64,000 nt of DNA from Octopus vulgaris (lineage: Eukaryota), in contig OX597825.1 of the NCBI GenBank assembly GCA_951406725.2, positions 58,838,001-58,902,000 of the forward strand, written 5' to 3'. The notes under the pieces are model-generated. The model did not search any database. It was not told the DNA's origin and saw nothing but the letters and a program-made list of their open reading frames with translations. Position 1 is the stretch's first letter; every line of letters starts with the position of its first letter. The position numbers and the translations under genes were made by a program. Of this stretch, positions 14,923 to 29,200 are shown piece after piece.

Positions 14923-15150
14923 TCTACATGACAACGCCTGCCCTCATATCACCAATATGACCTAGGAAACCATTCAAACGCATGGCTAGGAAGTGCTGTC
15001 ACACCCGCCATACTCTCCTGATTTGGCATCTAGGGATTTCCACCTCTTTCAATCTCTTTCAAATGCTATGTGCGGAGCTTCATTCAATACTGATGCAGAA
15101 CTGAGAGCTTGGTTGGAACAATTTTTCGAGTCGAAATTGGGTGATTTCTA
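14923..15150 (+). mobile_element. mariner transposase relic
   Basis: LHDNACPH...EVLSHPPYSPDLASRDFHLFQSL with in-frame stops. Confidence 0.9.
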
Positions 15151-15416
15151 CCATTCTTTTGTTGTCTCTAATTTATATATTTTATATATTTATATTGTGA
15201 AATTTGATTTAATATTAAATTGAATTTTTCCCTGTAAGTTTGGAGTTATACTCCCTAATATTATTATTATTATATATATATATATATATTTATATATACA
15301 TATATGCAAGCTGTTATGCCATTGAATAGGGAAAATGGAAGATTTATCAAATAACTAGGTGGATAGTAAATGAATAACAGCAACAACAAAACAACGAAGA
15401 AAGAGGAGGAGGAGGT

Positions 15417-15557
15417 GAAGAAGAAGAAGAAGAAGAAGAAGAAGAAGAAGAAGAAGAAGAAGAAGAAGAAGAAGAAGAAGAAGAAGAAGAAGAAGAAGAA
15501 GAAGAAGAAGAAGAAGAAGAAGAAGAAGAAGAAGAAGAAGAAGAAGAAGAAGAAGAA
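15417..15557 (+). repeat. (AAG)n microsatellite, about 46 units
   Basis: Direct inspection. Confidence 0.98.
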
Positions 15558-15658
15558 GGGAAGAGGAGGAACCATTGTACAAGATCTATTTATTGATTGA
15601 CATTTTTATTTCAATCTATGAAATGACAGACTCACTTGTTACTTGAAAGAAGATTATA

Positions 15659-15689
<31 letters not shown>

Positions 15690-15705
15690 AAATATATATA
15701 GATAT

Positions 15706-15768
<63 letters not shown>

Positions 15769-15787
15769 GTATATATGTGTATGTGTG

Positions 15788-15819
<32 letters not shown>

Positions 15820-18339
15820 CAGGAATGTATATGTGTTTCTTTAAAATTATATTATTAAATAATGAATTGTATTATTGGTACATTTTAAAATTTGCCAATA
15901 TGCAGCAGGCACTATATTCTCTTAAATTCCAGACTAACTTACAGACAGTTCTATTTATCAAATATGCTGAGTTGTTAAATTGTACCAAAGCACAATTCCA
16001 ATGATATGTAATAGAATACATATTTGAGAAGTTTAGATTAGCTTGGAAATAATAATGATAGTTGCTTCAAATTTTGACTCAAAGTTAACTATTCTGAGGG
16101 GTGAGGGCTTGATTGTTACTTTATTTCATCGACCCCTGAAGGGATGAAAGGCAAAGTTGACCTTGGTAGAATTTGAACTCAGAATGTAAAGAGCCAGAAT
16201 AACTACTGCCAAGCATTTTCTCTGACTTGTTAGAAATTCTTCAATTTGCTGCCTTTGGTTTTAAATTTTGGCTCAAGGTCAGTAATTTCTTAGGGGTGGG
16301 CTATGTTAATTACATTGACCCCAGTTTTAAAGTGGTACTTTATTTGATCAACCCTGAAGTGATGAAAGGCAAAGTCAGCCTTAGTAAGATTTGAATTCAG
16401 AACATAATCATCCAAAACAAATACTGAAAAGCACTTTTTTCGATCCCTTAATGAATCTATCAACCCATGGCCAATATAATTGTTTCTGATTTTGGTATAA
16501 GGCTAGCAATTTTGAAGGGAAGGAGCCTGTCAATACCCATCAACCCCATTGTTCTTTAACCACTAGAAGAATGAAATACAAAGGGACTTTGCCTTTCATC
16601 TCTTTAGGATCAATAACATAAAGTATCAGTTCAGGGTGAAGGACTTGCAGAATTTTTTAAAACATTGGATAAAATGCCTTTACTCTTTTACTTGTTTCAG
16701 TCATTTGACTGTGGCAATGCTGGAGCACCGCCTTTAGTCAAGCAAATCGACCCCAGGACTTATTCTTTGTAAGCCTAGTACTTATTCTATCAGTCTCTTT
16801 CGCTGAACCGCTAAGTTACGGGTACGTAAACACACTACCATTGGTTGTCAAGCGATGTTAAGGGGACAAACACAGATACACACACACACACATATATACA
16901 TACATATATATGACGGGCTTCTTTCAGTTTTCGTCTACCAAATATATTCACAAGGCTTTGGTCAGCCTGAGGCTATAGTAGAAGACACTTGCCCAAGATG
17001 CCACCCAGTGGGACTGAACCCGGAACCATGTGGTTGGTAAGCAAGCTACTTACCACACAGCCACTCCTGCTTTTTTCCATTGTGAATTCTCGGGTAGAGG
17101 ACTTCACCCATCACCTGTTTAACACTATCACTACCTGGGTGGTCCTTGGGTGTCTTTAGCAGAGTTTGTTCTGTCACAAAAACATCTCCTGTAATTTTAA
17201 TGTAACTCCTTTCCTTCCTCTCACCCATCATGAAGATCCTGAAAAAGCAAATGTCATTCATTCTTATCCTGATTAAAGTAAAATAAACCCCCAGAAATCT
17301 AACCACGAGCTATCGTCTGTACACATAGTTAGCTGAATTAATGAATTGATCTCAATATCCATATAGTTACATAAACTTCCATTTGTAATATTGAACATGG
17401 CTGAAGAACAAAGCAAAAACTATAAGTGATAATTCCATAACAACTTAAAACTGTTTACCTAACGCTAGGCAAAAGAACCTAATCTGGTATTGTCAACCAT
17501 TGAACATAAATGCCATGATAACTCTGGCAAGATATTTATTACTTTCTAGAACAAACTCTAGTTTAACCAAAGGTTCGTTGTTATGAACATCCTGGCATGA
17601 CGCTTATTCTATATAGGCCATATTCTAATTTAATTAACCATTCAACATGAATGATGTTATGTCTGTTCTGGCAAAACCTCTATTCATTCTAATCAATAAC
17701 TATATCCCTTAAGGACCATAATCTCCACCATTCCTTAGTATCAACTGCATGCAAAGTATAGCATTAATTATGATAAGGCAAGATATCAGTTACAATCGAC
17801 TGCTGAAGGAGGAGATAATATATCGACAAAAGCCAGAGTTTTTTGTTGAACTGATTTTTCTCTCTGCAAGTGGAGATACATGGCCTAGTGGTTAGAGCAG
17901 TGGACTCGTTGTCGAGGGATTGTGGGTTTGAATCTCAGACCGGGAGATGTGTGTGTTTATGAGCGAAACACCTAAGCTCCACGTGGCTCCAGCAGAAAGT
18001 AATGGCGAGCTTTCTACTGACTCTTTCACCACAACTTTCTCTCACTCTTTCCTCCTGCATCTTGCAGCTCACCTGCGATGGACCGGCGTCCTGTCTAGGT
18101 GGGGAACCTATACGCCAAGGAAACCAGGAAACCAGCCCTAATGAGCCAGGGATGTCTCGAGAAGGAACAAACAAAGCATGCAATAATTCCTTCCAGTTCC
18201 AATGGTTTGTTCTGTTTTACTCAAAGATTAGCTGCTTCTAGCAATATAATGATAATGATGATGGTGGGGACGATGGTGATGATGGTCTCAATAAGTGTAC
18301 TAATACAACTTTTGTAAAAGGCAAGCTTAGACAGTGTTG

Positions 18340-19025
18340 ATTAAATTGGGTATTAAACACTACCATCAAGGAACTTGATCCACAAGAAACTTATAAATTA
18401 CCTGGGAATAAATGAAGTGGGTGGCAGATGTTGTGCAACTATGAAGGAAACAATAAGAGAAGAGTAATATAGGAGAATAAAACTTGTACTGAAGACTGAA
18501 CTTAACCATAAAAATTACATTGAAACCATGGCACTTCCAGTAGTCCAGTACATTTTAAAAATCATTAAATGGGATCCTACAGAATTTCAACAAATAGACA
18601 AGAAGACAAGAAATTTTTTGACATCTAAGAACATGCACCACCCAAAGGCAGACATTGACCATCTGTACCTATGTAGAAGTAGTGGGAAAAGAGGAATGAT
18701 GCAATTAGAACTCTGCTATAAGACCTCCATTATAGGAATGAATAGGTATTTATCTGCAAAACACTTGATGAAACAATAGACTGTTTCATTTCAGGATGTC
18801 CTGTGCTAACACAAAAAAAAATACAAAAATCACAATAGGGTAGGGCAGTATTTACATTGGAAAATACATAAGCACTACAAAATTGACACTCCTGCAAACT
18901 GGTATGAACACCATCCTCAGCCAGTCACTGAAGATAGAAATGTCAGCATCATCTGGGATTTTTCAGTCAACAATGACAGAACAATCCAGACTAATCAACC
19001 AAACATAATTATTAAAGACAGGTCG
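18340..19025 (+). mobile_element. R4/Dong-like non-LTR retrotransposon relic (RT C-terminus + REL endonuclease)
   Basis: IDKKTRNFLT..NMHHPKADIDHLYL.R..G.RG; HNRVGQYLHW...WYEHHPQPV.....IIWDF...DRTI. Confidence 0.85.
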
Positions 19026-20449
19026 TCTGTTCTCATTGATTATTCACAGATCTTCATTTGGAAGGGTAATAAGGTCCGAGATCCTCTCAAGCTGGTTGAG
19101 CTTTACATGGAGGACCTCCAGTGTGGTTCCAATTTAGTTATCCCACTTTGATCTCTTAATGTTTAGGATAGTAACCCTACCCTCCTGCATTACATATCCA
19201 TGATTCACCAGAGATCTACTACTGGACTGGTAGGAGCTTTATCACTTTTCTTCCCAAATAAGTATGGAAGAGAATAAAAACATCGCTGGTGGCAGGGTAA
19301 CCACTGAGTATTGCAATATGAGGGCTCAGTCTTAAATAAGTCTTCCTCTATATATCTAGGGCAAGAATTGCCTTGACCTAGTTTTGTGGCCAATATTCTT
19401 CCATACATTGTGTCGGGTTCTTTTTATTGTTTGGATGTATATGGCCATTTCCAGTTGACAAGTTTTAACACCAATGTGTCTAAAAGTGACTGCTTTTCTT
19501 CCAGTTGCAGCTAGAATTTCAGGAGGTGGGGAGCAATCTCTGCCCTTCTCTCAAATTTCTCTAGCTGCATCTGCTAATTTTGAGCATTTGTCATCTAGAG
19601 AGAGAGTATAAAGTTCTTTTGTAGCAACCACACCATTGTTACTGTCAGTGTTGCTGTTTGTAGTGTTGTTACTACTGTTGTTGTTCCTCTTCCAATCAGG
19701 ACTCACGTCATTAGCCACAAAGAATAATCTCTAGTTCGAGCCTACTCTAAGTTACTAAGAATGTGTGTGGCAACTTAAAGATCCACCAACCACACGCGAT
19801 AGACTGGTGGTTGCATGGGCGCGAAAGCTACGTTGTTATCCTCGTTCCGTAAACGGTGGCTTTTAACGGGTGGAGAGCTGAACCAACCTGGGGAACAGAG
19901 GATTCGCAATCTAGACTAGGGTCTGAAAGTTTACCATGCCATGGTGGGTTACACCATGGTTCCTCTGCTTTGTAGCAGAAGTAGGAAGAAAGTGTGAGAG
20001 AAAGTTGTGGTGAAAGAGTACAGTGGGGTTCACCACCCCACCGGAGCCTCACGGAGCTTAGGTGTTTTTGCTCAATAAACACTCACAATGCCCGATCTGG
20101 GAATTGAAACCGTGTTCTTACAACCGTGAGTCTGCTACCCTAACCATGGGGCCATTGTGCCTCCACATTACTGTTTTTGCTGTTCCCACACTGCTGCTGT
20201 CTTCGTTACTTTTCCTGCCAGTATTGATGTTATTGCTGCTGCTACTACTACTACTGTTGCTGCTGCTGCAAGTACTGACCTGCTCCTGCAGTCACTGCTG
20301 CTGTACCTTCTTTTGCTATCATTGTTGTTGTTACTGCTACTCTTATTTACCACTATATCAATTGGACTTTGAACTGTGATCAATGAATTTTTCTCCTCCC
20401 CTTCTGTGAGCAGAACATTGACTCCGTTTGTATTGTTGCTTTTGGTAGC

Positions 20450-20720
20450 ACTATCATCATCATCATTGTTCGACCGTGGTCGAGACAATGGAATTTACCA
20501 TGTTGCGCCAGACTTCACGGTCCATCATAGCATTACGGAGGTCCTGTTGCTGGATGCCTGTATCCCTGGAGATTACATCAGGGTAGGAGAGTGTGCGCCC
20601 TCTGGTGTTGCAAGTAGATGGCTTCCAGAGGAGAAGAGTAGAAATTACTTCTTTTTCAGCTCTACAACAATGTCCAGCAAACTGGACTCTCCTACCTTTC
20701 ACTATTGTTGTTGATTTGAA
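20450..20720 (-). mobile_element. RTE-clade LINE 3' end with (TGA)n tail
   Basis: RRVQFAGHCCR...LLWKP....RGR.....D..........AMMDREVWR, then TGATGATGA. Confidence 0.85.
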
Positions 20721-21422
20721 CCTCAATGTTCTAATGAAGCTGGTATATCTATATATCTAGGGCAATTCTTACCTTGCCCTAGTTATATGACTGATATTCT
20801 GATATGAGGCCCTCCTGCTATCTCCATTTGTGGTTTATGGTGTTAACAACACCATAATTCCAAAACAAAAAGAAAGCAGACATAAAACAATTGTGCCCTT
20901 TAAGGTGCAATATTGCTGTCATCACTCCTAACCTGGTGAATTAGGGGTCTTTATGTAAAGTTCTTGCAAAAATTAAACAGAGTAAACAAATTATCTCCAA
21001 CAAAGTTCAGGAAACCGTTAGGCGCCAACACAAACACGTGTAAACAAAATGACGATAATAATAATCCTTTCTACTAAAGGCAGAACGCCTGAAATTTGAG
21101 GGGAGGGGGTTAGACGATTACATTGACACCAGTGCATAACTGGTACTTTGCCAGTCTACGACTTATATGCATACTCAAGCATACCTGCACATGGTTTGCA
21201 TGCTATATACATATAAGTTGTGGACTGACGATATAATTCCCCACTAATCTTGTTCGGGTATATGATGTTGATAAGCCACAAAAATGACAAAACATTGTTG
21301 TCCGTCAATCCTGGATGGGATTAGAGGTGAGTTATCTGACTTGTTTCTGATTTTCAGGTGTTTTAACGCTCGGTGCTTTGAAAGAGTATTCTCCACTATG
21401 CCATATTGCTGTCTACCAGCAA

Positions 21423-21599
21423 ATACACAAAGCATATAAGTTAAGACCACTCGTATAATACACAAAGCACATAAATTAAGACCACTCGTATAATACACGA
21501 TGCATATAAGTTAAGACCATTCGTATAATACACAAAACATATAAGTTAAAACCCTTTGTATATAATACACGAAGCATATAAGTTAAGACCATCCATATA
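21423..21599 (+). repeat. 35-bp minisatellite, about 5 copies (ATACACAAAGCATATAAGTTAAGACCACTCGTATA)
   Basis: Direct inspection. Confidence 0.9.
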
Positions 21600-22689
21600 A
21601 AAGAACTGTGTTGAATACATAACATTTTGTAAATTTGTATATGAGTTTGTAACTTGATTATTCAGCAATCACCTGATGTCACAATTTGCTAAGATACAAC
21701 CCAAACAATTAACAAAATCTGATCAAGCACAACTTCATGTGGAATAGGCTCCAATGAGGATTTCATCTTTTGGCATGGTTCTTTCTGAGCCTAACCATCA
21801 GTATAAATTCACCACAACTTAGCTATGCAGACAGAAGTCTTTGAGGGATCAAGCTTTGAGAGAGCATTGAGAGACAGCAGGGACAAGATGACAGGTGGAC
21901 AGCAAACAGATATGGTTAGCTGCTGACCTGAGCAGTCAACCACAATGAACAATCAGTGACAGCAATACAATGACCAGTGGTTAACTTTTTGACTACACCG
22001 GCAACAAGAAAAATAACATTGAAACTCTCACAACATTTTGCAGTAATGACAGTATTTGTATTTTCGTGTACATAAAAAATAAAATTTTATTTGTCAAAAA
22101 TTACATCAGATTCAGAGTTCTTTGTACAGGTTTAATTATATTCTACCATCATGAACACTGTTGTTTTAGTAAAGCGAATAACACAATTCTACCATTTTTA
22201 ATTTGGGAGGAAATGGTAGGGCGCGGTAGGAAGTTTTTCTTCTGGTACTTAATTTGTCGACCTTGGCGACTCAGAACACGAAGACAGACGTTTCTTATTT
22301 CTTTATTGCCCACAAGGGGCTACACACAGAGGGAACAAACAAGGATAGACAAAGGGATTAAGTCGATTACATCGACCTCAGTGCGTAACTGGTACTTTAT
22401 TTATCGACCCCGAAAGGATGAAAGGCAAAGTCGACCTCGGCGGAATTTGAACTCAGAACGTAAAGACAGACGAAATACCGCTAGGTATTTCGCCTGGCTT
22501 GCTAACGTTTCTGCCAGCTCTCCGCCTTTTTATCTTGTATTATCTGCCCGGGAATACCACGTGCGAGTGTGTGTGCTGAAATTAAACATAAACATAAATA
22601 ATATATGTATGTACTTGAACATTGATAGTTATTAAATAATGTATATGTACATAATTTATACGATTTGTATATGCAATATTATTTAGTTA

Positions 22690-23400
22690 GTACTATCAGG
22701 AATGGAGTCATTTGAAGTTGTGAAATATCTGACACATTTAATTTCATTATTAATCACATTCTGAATAATATCTTCCATCATGGATACGAGTTTCTCCCGG
22801 ATTCCGGCTGACAAATATGAAATCAGGCATATTCCTTTGTTAGCAAGCATCCCTCAACTAAGAATGTTTTCATATTCAGAAAGTAATTCCATAATTCCAA
22901 GACATGTACCTTTTATAAGTGAATGAATAATTCGATGAGATCCCTGTAATGCAAAACCTTTCTCTCGACAATAAAACGAATACGATATGCTGCACGCTTC
23001 AACACATTTCATTACTAACTACATTCATTTACCATTTGTTTTGTCAGAACATCGTCAATCAATCCTTACATTGTCCTACTCTCTTCTTAATACTAATGGA
23101 AATATTGAATTCTGACCAAAACTGCCCATTTTCGTGTAAAGAAATCTTTCTTCCAGCTTTTCATCAATTGTTATAAAAAGCCATCGACAAAAGGATTTAT
23201 CTCCTCCCCGTGACATTGGCCATGAAACGACTTACATAACAAACAAAATAACTTACATGTCAGGTCAAAATACACATTTCGTAATGGGTGAATACATAAC
23301 TACCCTAATGGATTCCACTAAATATTCCTTTATGCAATATCGACCATAAATATCTCGAGTTTCCACTACATTTAAGGGTGTTTAAGTTTGCATTTAGGTT
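22690..23400 (-). mobile_element. hAT (ZMYM1-like) transposase relic
   Basis: Degenerate translation GFALQGS...GTCLGIMELLSEY...SYLSAGIREKL...IINEIK..YF...D.IPD. Confidence 0.7.
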
Positions 23401-25022
23401 TGGCCAGTTTATATTTTTCTTTCTTTATTCTTCATGCATCAATTTGACAATGAACAAACGTTGTTAGACCAGCGCAAAGTATGTATGTTTTCGAAAAAGA
23501 GCTACGTACGCAATAAGGATCTTTTCACTTTGACCGGCAGATTTTAAAAATAATTTTTTGTAACTAAACACTTTTAAACTTCGTATACTGGTAGAATGTA
23601 TCACATAAAACATCTTTTTCTCTTGGAGTTCTTGAGAAAATTCTGTAGTTTGTAAGCTATTTGTTGTTAAATTTGTGAAAAGATCCGACTTATTCTCTCG
23701 TTCTCACGTAATATGGTCCTTGACGAAATAAAATCAAAATGACTAAACTTGTAAGAGAATGCAGATTACCAAAGTGGTTGAAAGGATCTCTAGACCTCGC
23801 AATACCACCATGTAACTCTGCGCGTGTACCCAGACTATAAAACATCATACCAATTACTTGCCCTTACATTGGGGGTCTCTAACCCAGCACGATGTTTTGT
23901 TGCAATCTGTACCAGTTAATCCCAATGGTCTGTTGCTACCAACTTTGAAGCTGAGGAAATGATCGTTACTTATTTCTTCCATTTACCACTAACTATACAC
24001 ATACAATATTTGAAAAGCACACGTACAAGATATTGAATAGCTTTTGACTCTGTTGTTGAGTTCATCCAGCCCAATGGCTCTCAACCACTTTTTACATACG
24101 GAACCTTTTAATTACTATTTCATTCTGATGGACTCCCAGAGTTGTTCGATGTTTAAAAACTAGTTTTGTAGGTACATCCTTCAAAATTTCTATTTTGTTT
24201 TTTACTCATTCACGTTAGCAATATCACTCTCTGAAAGAACATGTTTCGGTAGCCAGAAACATTTGAAACTATGTAAAATATTAGATAAAGAAACCTAAAT
24301 GCTTCTTGCGATAAATTTGTCTACAATTTTTTTTTTTTTCATGGACTGAGGATTTCCAATGTACACTTTTATTTGCGTGGCCACCCATCCCATAATATCT
24401 TATGGTCACATGGACCCCTGCTGAGAACCACTGATTTAACCAATGAGGTGGTTCTCATTCTGTGGGGTGTTTGAAAATACCCTCCTCACTTAGCAATTTT
24501 AGTGGGGTTACCAGTTTAATCGGTAATGCCTTTGCCGAGGATGTTTATTACCAGTAGCATTCTCTTATATATGTGTGTACATGCCTGCATGCGCATGTGT
24601 GTATATAGAAATGAATATATGTGCACACACTCACACACACATATATTTTATATATATATATATATATCATGAAAAACAGATAGATCATAATTTAATTACT
24701 TCCAACAGCTGTTTCATTAGAAATAAGCACAATTCCATTAATACATAATTAAGATACATAATTAATTTAAAATAAATTGATTTAAAGCAATGTCTATTCC
24801 AAATCATTAAAAGTATTGCGCACTATGATAGCTATATTCTAAATACACATTGCTCTTGAGGATCATTTTAGCTGATCATGTACGTGCATGCAAGATTTTT
24901 CCGTCTGGATTTACTGCAATGCTGTATGTTAGAGTTTAATTATCTATTATTAATTGAACTCTTAATTACTGAGGATATATATTTAATGTTTATACATCAT
25001 CTGTTTTAGGTAAGTGGGTAGG

Positions 25023-25091
<69 letters not shown>

Positions 25092-28000
25092 TATATGTAT
25101 GTATGTGTGTGTGCGTACACACGCGAGCACGTGCAGACATTCAGTGCTCATTTAGTCATTAGATTTTACTTGTACTTTTGCGAAGTTTTCCATAAATGAA
25201 AACTTCTGAAAACATTCACTTATTGGTAATTTTTAACATAAAATCACGTAATTTAAATCATATCTCTGCAATATATACACTGTAGTGTGCGTGTGTGTGT
25301 CTGTATGTACGAGAGAGTGCTGAAAAGTTCCTGTCGCGAAAGGCCTGGATGGAGGTCCAACCTTCCGAGTTCTTTTACAGGGCCTAGAAAAACTGAAGGA
25401 CCGCTGAAATAAGTGTGTGAATCTGAGACGGAAACATGTTCAATAAAATCATGATTAATTGATCCTCCTGTGTTTTCTTTTACAATCAGCACACCCTTGT
25501 GTGTGTGCACACGCGCGCGTGTGTCTATACACACACACATACACAGTTTCATACACACGCAGTGTGTGTGTGTGCATGAAATATATTTAAACCTACATCG
25601 TTACGAACACACGTACACACACACACACTTATAACGTAGCTTGTATGTTTCCTCGTAAAACACCACACACATACAACAGGATCGAACAGTGTGAATGAGA
25701 GCTCAACACCGTGTCTGATGGATAATTATTCTTTATCTGTGAATCAACTATGCTACCACTGGTTTCGTGTGAAAAGAATTTCCGCTATTTTCAAGCGATA
25801 CACTTAAAATTACAAATAATTGCTTCGATTTTGGATGCGAATATCACGAGTTAACAGAGACTATGCGGGACTTCAAAATTAATAGACAGATGAGAAGAAG
25901 CAATTTCCTAATTGCTATTTTCCTTGCATTCGCCCTAGCTCTTCCAACAATTTGTATTCAGAATAGATTAATTACATTATGCAAGAACTTTCACGCATAT
26001 CTATACTTATAGATATATGTATATGAATTTATACTAATGCATGTAGCATGTGTTATGTGGATCTTCTCATTTATGGTGTTTACACAAGCTTTAAGCGTAA
26101 ATTAGTCCATGAAGTTGTAAGTTCATAAAAATATATTTTATAAATCGTGTGATATCATGAATATGTGTTATGTATATACTATACATATCTGTGCAGTTTA
26201 GAATTCCAACATACATTCCCGGGAGTGTATGTCTATTATACGTATTGTACATATAATCAATATTCAAAATTCAGCCTGGGTGGATAGGTGGCAAAGACGA
26301 TGAGGAGTAATGTTTGAAATTTCGTAGTTTAAATTGTTTCGGTATGCAAAAGGAGGTTTTTTCTCAAATGTTCAAAATGTTCACTGTTGATGTTACGATG
26401 TGTAATTTCTCTGTGATACAGAGGTTGCATCTGCTACATTATCCTATATATTTGCTAACCATAGCCCTGATACTCCAGTTTATATGGGGATTGTCCACGT
26501 TCCTGTCTTTAAGATTCCAAACCATAATCGATAAGATGTTGTCTTTCGTTCTTATTTCTAACGAAGCTGGGTGTTTCCTTGAAAGTATTTCCAGCCCTTA
26601 TTTTATAAGTTATTTATAAATTTAACCTTTTAAAGTATTTTTAATATGCTGCCCATTGATAACATTTTTTTCGAAAAAATTTTATCCTACATCAGATATA
26701 TATATATATTAAGGCAATGCTTGTGATATTTTATATATATACCGTATTTCTCCTAATGGTGTGACAACTGATGTGTGTGTGCGTGTGTGTGCGTGCGTGC
26801 TTGTTCTTGTGTGTGTGTGTATGTATGTGTGTGTGTGAGTATGTGTGTACGAGCGTGTTTTTGTATATATATATATATATAACTTTATGTAGGTGTTTGA
26901 GTCCGTGTTTGTCCCCCACCACCATTGTTTGACAACCGATGTTGGTGTTTGCGTCCCCGTAACTTAGCTGTTCGACAAAAGAGACCGATAAAATAAGCAC
27001 CAGGCTTACAGGGAAAAAGTTCTGGGGTCGAATTCTTCGACTAAAGAGTGGTACTCCAACATGGCTACCGTCAAATGGCTGAAACAAGTGAAAGAATAAA
27101 AGAATACCAGAAGAACGTTCCGTACCACTAAACCAAGAAGGTTCTTTGAATATGTCCGATGTATTTCAAGGTTAAATCGTAATTCTGTTTACGCTTGCGT
27201 AACTGAGATATTTTGGTTGGATTATATAGTTATCGGTTTTACACGTCTTTCTATATTCTGTAACTGTCACAATATAGAAACATTTCTCGTGGCATCAGCA
27301 CATAATTTACGGATGCTTACACTTTTTTACGTTTTCCGTGAAATTTTCACGGGTCCAGCAAGTTACTAAATTATTGTTGATTGATTACTTGTAAATCTAT
27401 AAAGATTATCATTCATAAATTGAATTATTGCGTAAAGATGACATTAATATTTGTACACAATTGTCTTGTTAAAACTGAGTATACAATAATTTAACTTAAT
27501 TAATTTTTAATGCAACTTATTTTCGATGAACTAAACAAATTTTGGGAGGATAAAACGATGCCAGAAATGTACCATAATTTTTAAGGTTTATTATGACATT
27601 CTGTAACCTTTTTTTCAATATTTAAGTTTCATACTTTTTAAGGCAATGCTTGTGATATTTTATATATATACCGTATTTCTCCTAATGGTGTGACAACTGA
27701 TGTGTGTGTGTGTGCGTCCGCGCGTGTGTGCGTCCGCGCGTGTGTGCGTCCGCGCGTGTGTGCGTGCGTGCTTTTCTTGTGTGTATGTATGTGTGTGCGT
27801 GTTTGTTCTTTTGTGTGTGAGTATGTGTGTACGAGCGTGTTTTTGTTTTGTCCCACAGATCTTGCTTAATTTAGCTTTAAAATTTATAGAAGTCAATGTC
27901 ATTTAAATTTCTTTATTCCACATTTCCTTTAATCAATAGTAAGAGTTAATTTACATTTCTCTCTTTTCCCCATACATGTTACAATATTTCGGCTCTTTGG

Positions 28001-28689
28001 TGTATATCGCAATATTTCGGCTCTTTAATGCTTGTTGCAATATTTCGGCTCTTCGGTGACTAAGAAAAACCACATGGGCTATTATAACTAATATGGCTTT
28101 TTCGACGTTGATCTCGTTTTCTTCTTGGACATTTACGGATTTTACATACACAAATGAAGCAGGTAAGAACAAATGTGCAAGGCTTTTCTCGAGTTTAAAA
28201 TGTGACATTGTTTTTGTTATATCTACATTCCACACACATAAATACATAAAAACAGAACACGCACACACACACATACTTACACACAAGACCAAGCAAGCAC
28301 ACATACACACACTCACAGACAAGAACAAGCACATGCACACACATAAACACACACAGACGTACACCCATTAGCTTCCTCTTCCACTTCAATACGTAAAACA
28401 GAACAACCACGCATGAAGATAGCTGCATGCCAAACTATCACTCATTGATTGATGATGATTGAAAATTAACCAATGAAATGCTATCACCATGCAAATGGCC
28501 ACGGCCTCCTTACACTTTTATTCGCAACCTAGGCATATATTATCAGACATGCAGTAGACTTGACTATAACATTCTGTTGTCAGTCACTGAGTGTCTAACA
28601 GATACTACTCCAAGACTATCATCCCCATATAATTCTATGGGAGCATCTTTTATTTCATTCTGAACAATGTGTAGGCTATTAAGACCAAC

Positions 28690-29200
28690 CAGATCTGCTA
28701 CCTCTGCTCCATCATGGCTCCTTGCGGAGACTTAAATAGTTCATCCTCATTCTTTTTAACCCAATAGGTATTATCATGAGAAAGCAAGGACTTTCTTTTC
28801 TTTATAATGTCTATATTGGCATTAGTAATAGTTGTATATGTTTCACTGTACTCGATTGCTTTTTGAAGATTGAGTGATAAAATTTCACGATGTCGAACTG
28901 ACTGAGTTTGTATTTGGACTTATCTTTAATTTCCATAAACCATTCAATGGTTGAGCTGTTACATATCCTTTGTGTGGAGTTTGAAGAAGCTCTGATGTGC
29001 CATATGTTATCTAGTATAGATTTGCTGAATATGCGTATTTCGCTTTTTGTGGGATTTAACCAACAATTTCAAATTTTTCCTTTTTTGCTTGAAATTGCGT
29101 CTATGGTCATTCACAGGGTCACAAAAGGTATTTGTGAGATAAATCATTGTACTCTCTCTTCGATGTTAAATTTCTAGGCTAAGATAATTCTATATATGTA
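28690..29200 (-). mobile_element. Penelope-like retroelement RT relic
   Basis: Frameshifted translation LNPTKSEIRIFSKSILD...IEWF..IKDK...QFDIVKFYHS...RKSLL.HD..YWVKK. Confidence 0.8.

Noticed and set aside
15270-15600. Poly-K/F/L ORFs
   Set aside because: (AAG)n repeat
17880-17945. tRNA-like sequences with A and B boxes (also 38620-38670 and SINE heads)
   Set aside because: Continue into SINE bodies; no complete cloverleaf
19030-19640. Possible LTR gag zinc-knuckle relic, partly duplicated at about 20740-20860
   Set aside because: Too degenerate to classify with confidence
21423-21599. CRISPR-like array of 35-bp repeats
   Set aside because: Units are contiguous with no unique spacers; eukaryotic minisatellite, no cas genes
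22066-22635. Longest ORF in the track (189 aa)
   Set aside because: Runs through an antisense SINE; no domain features
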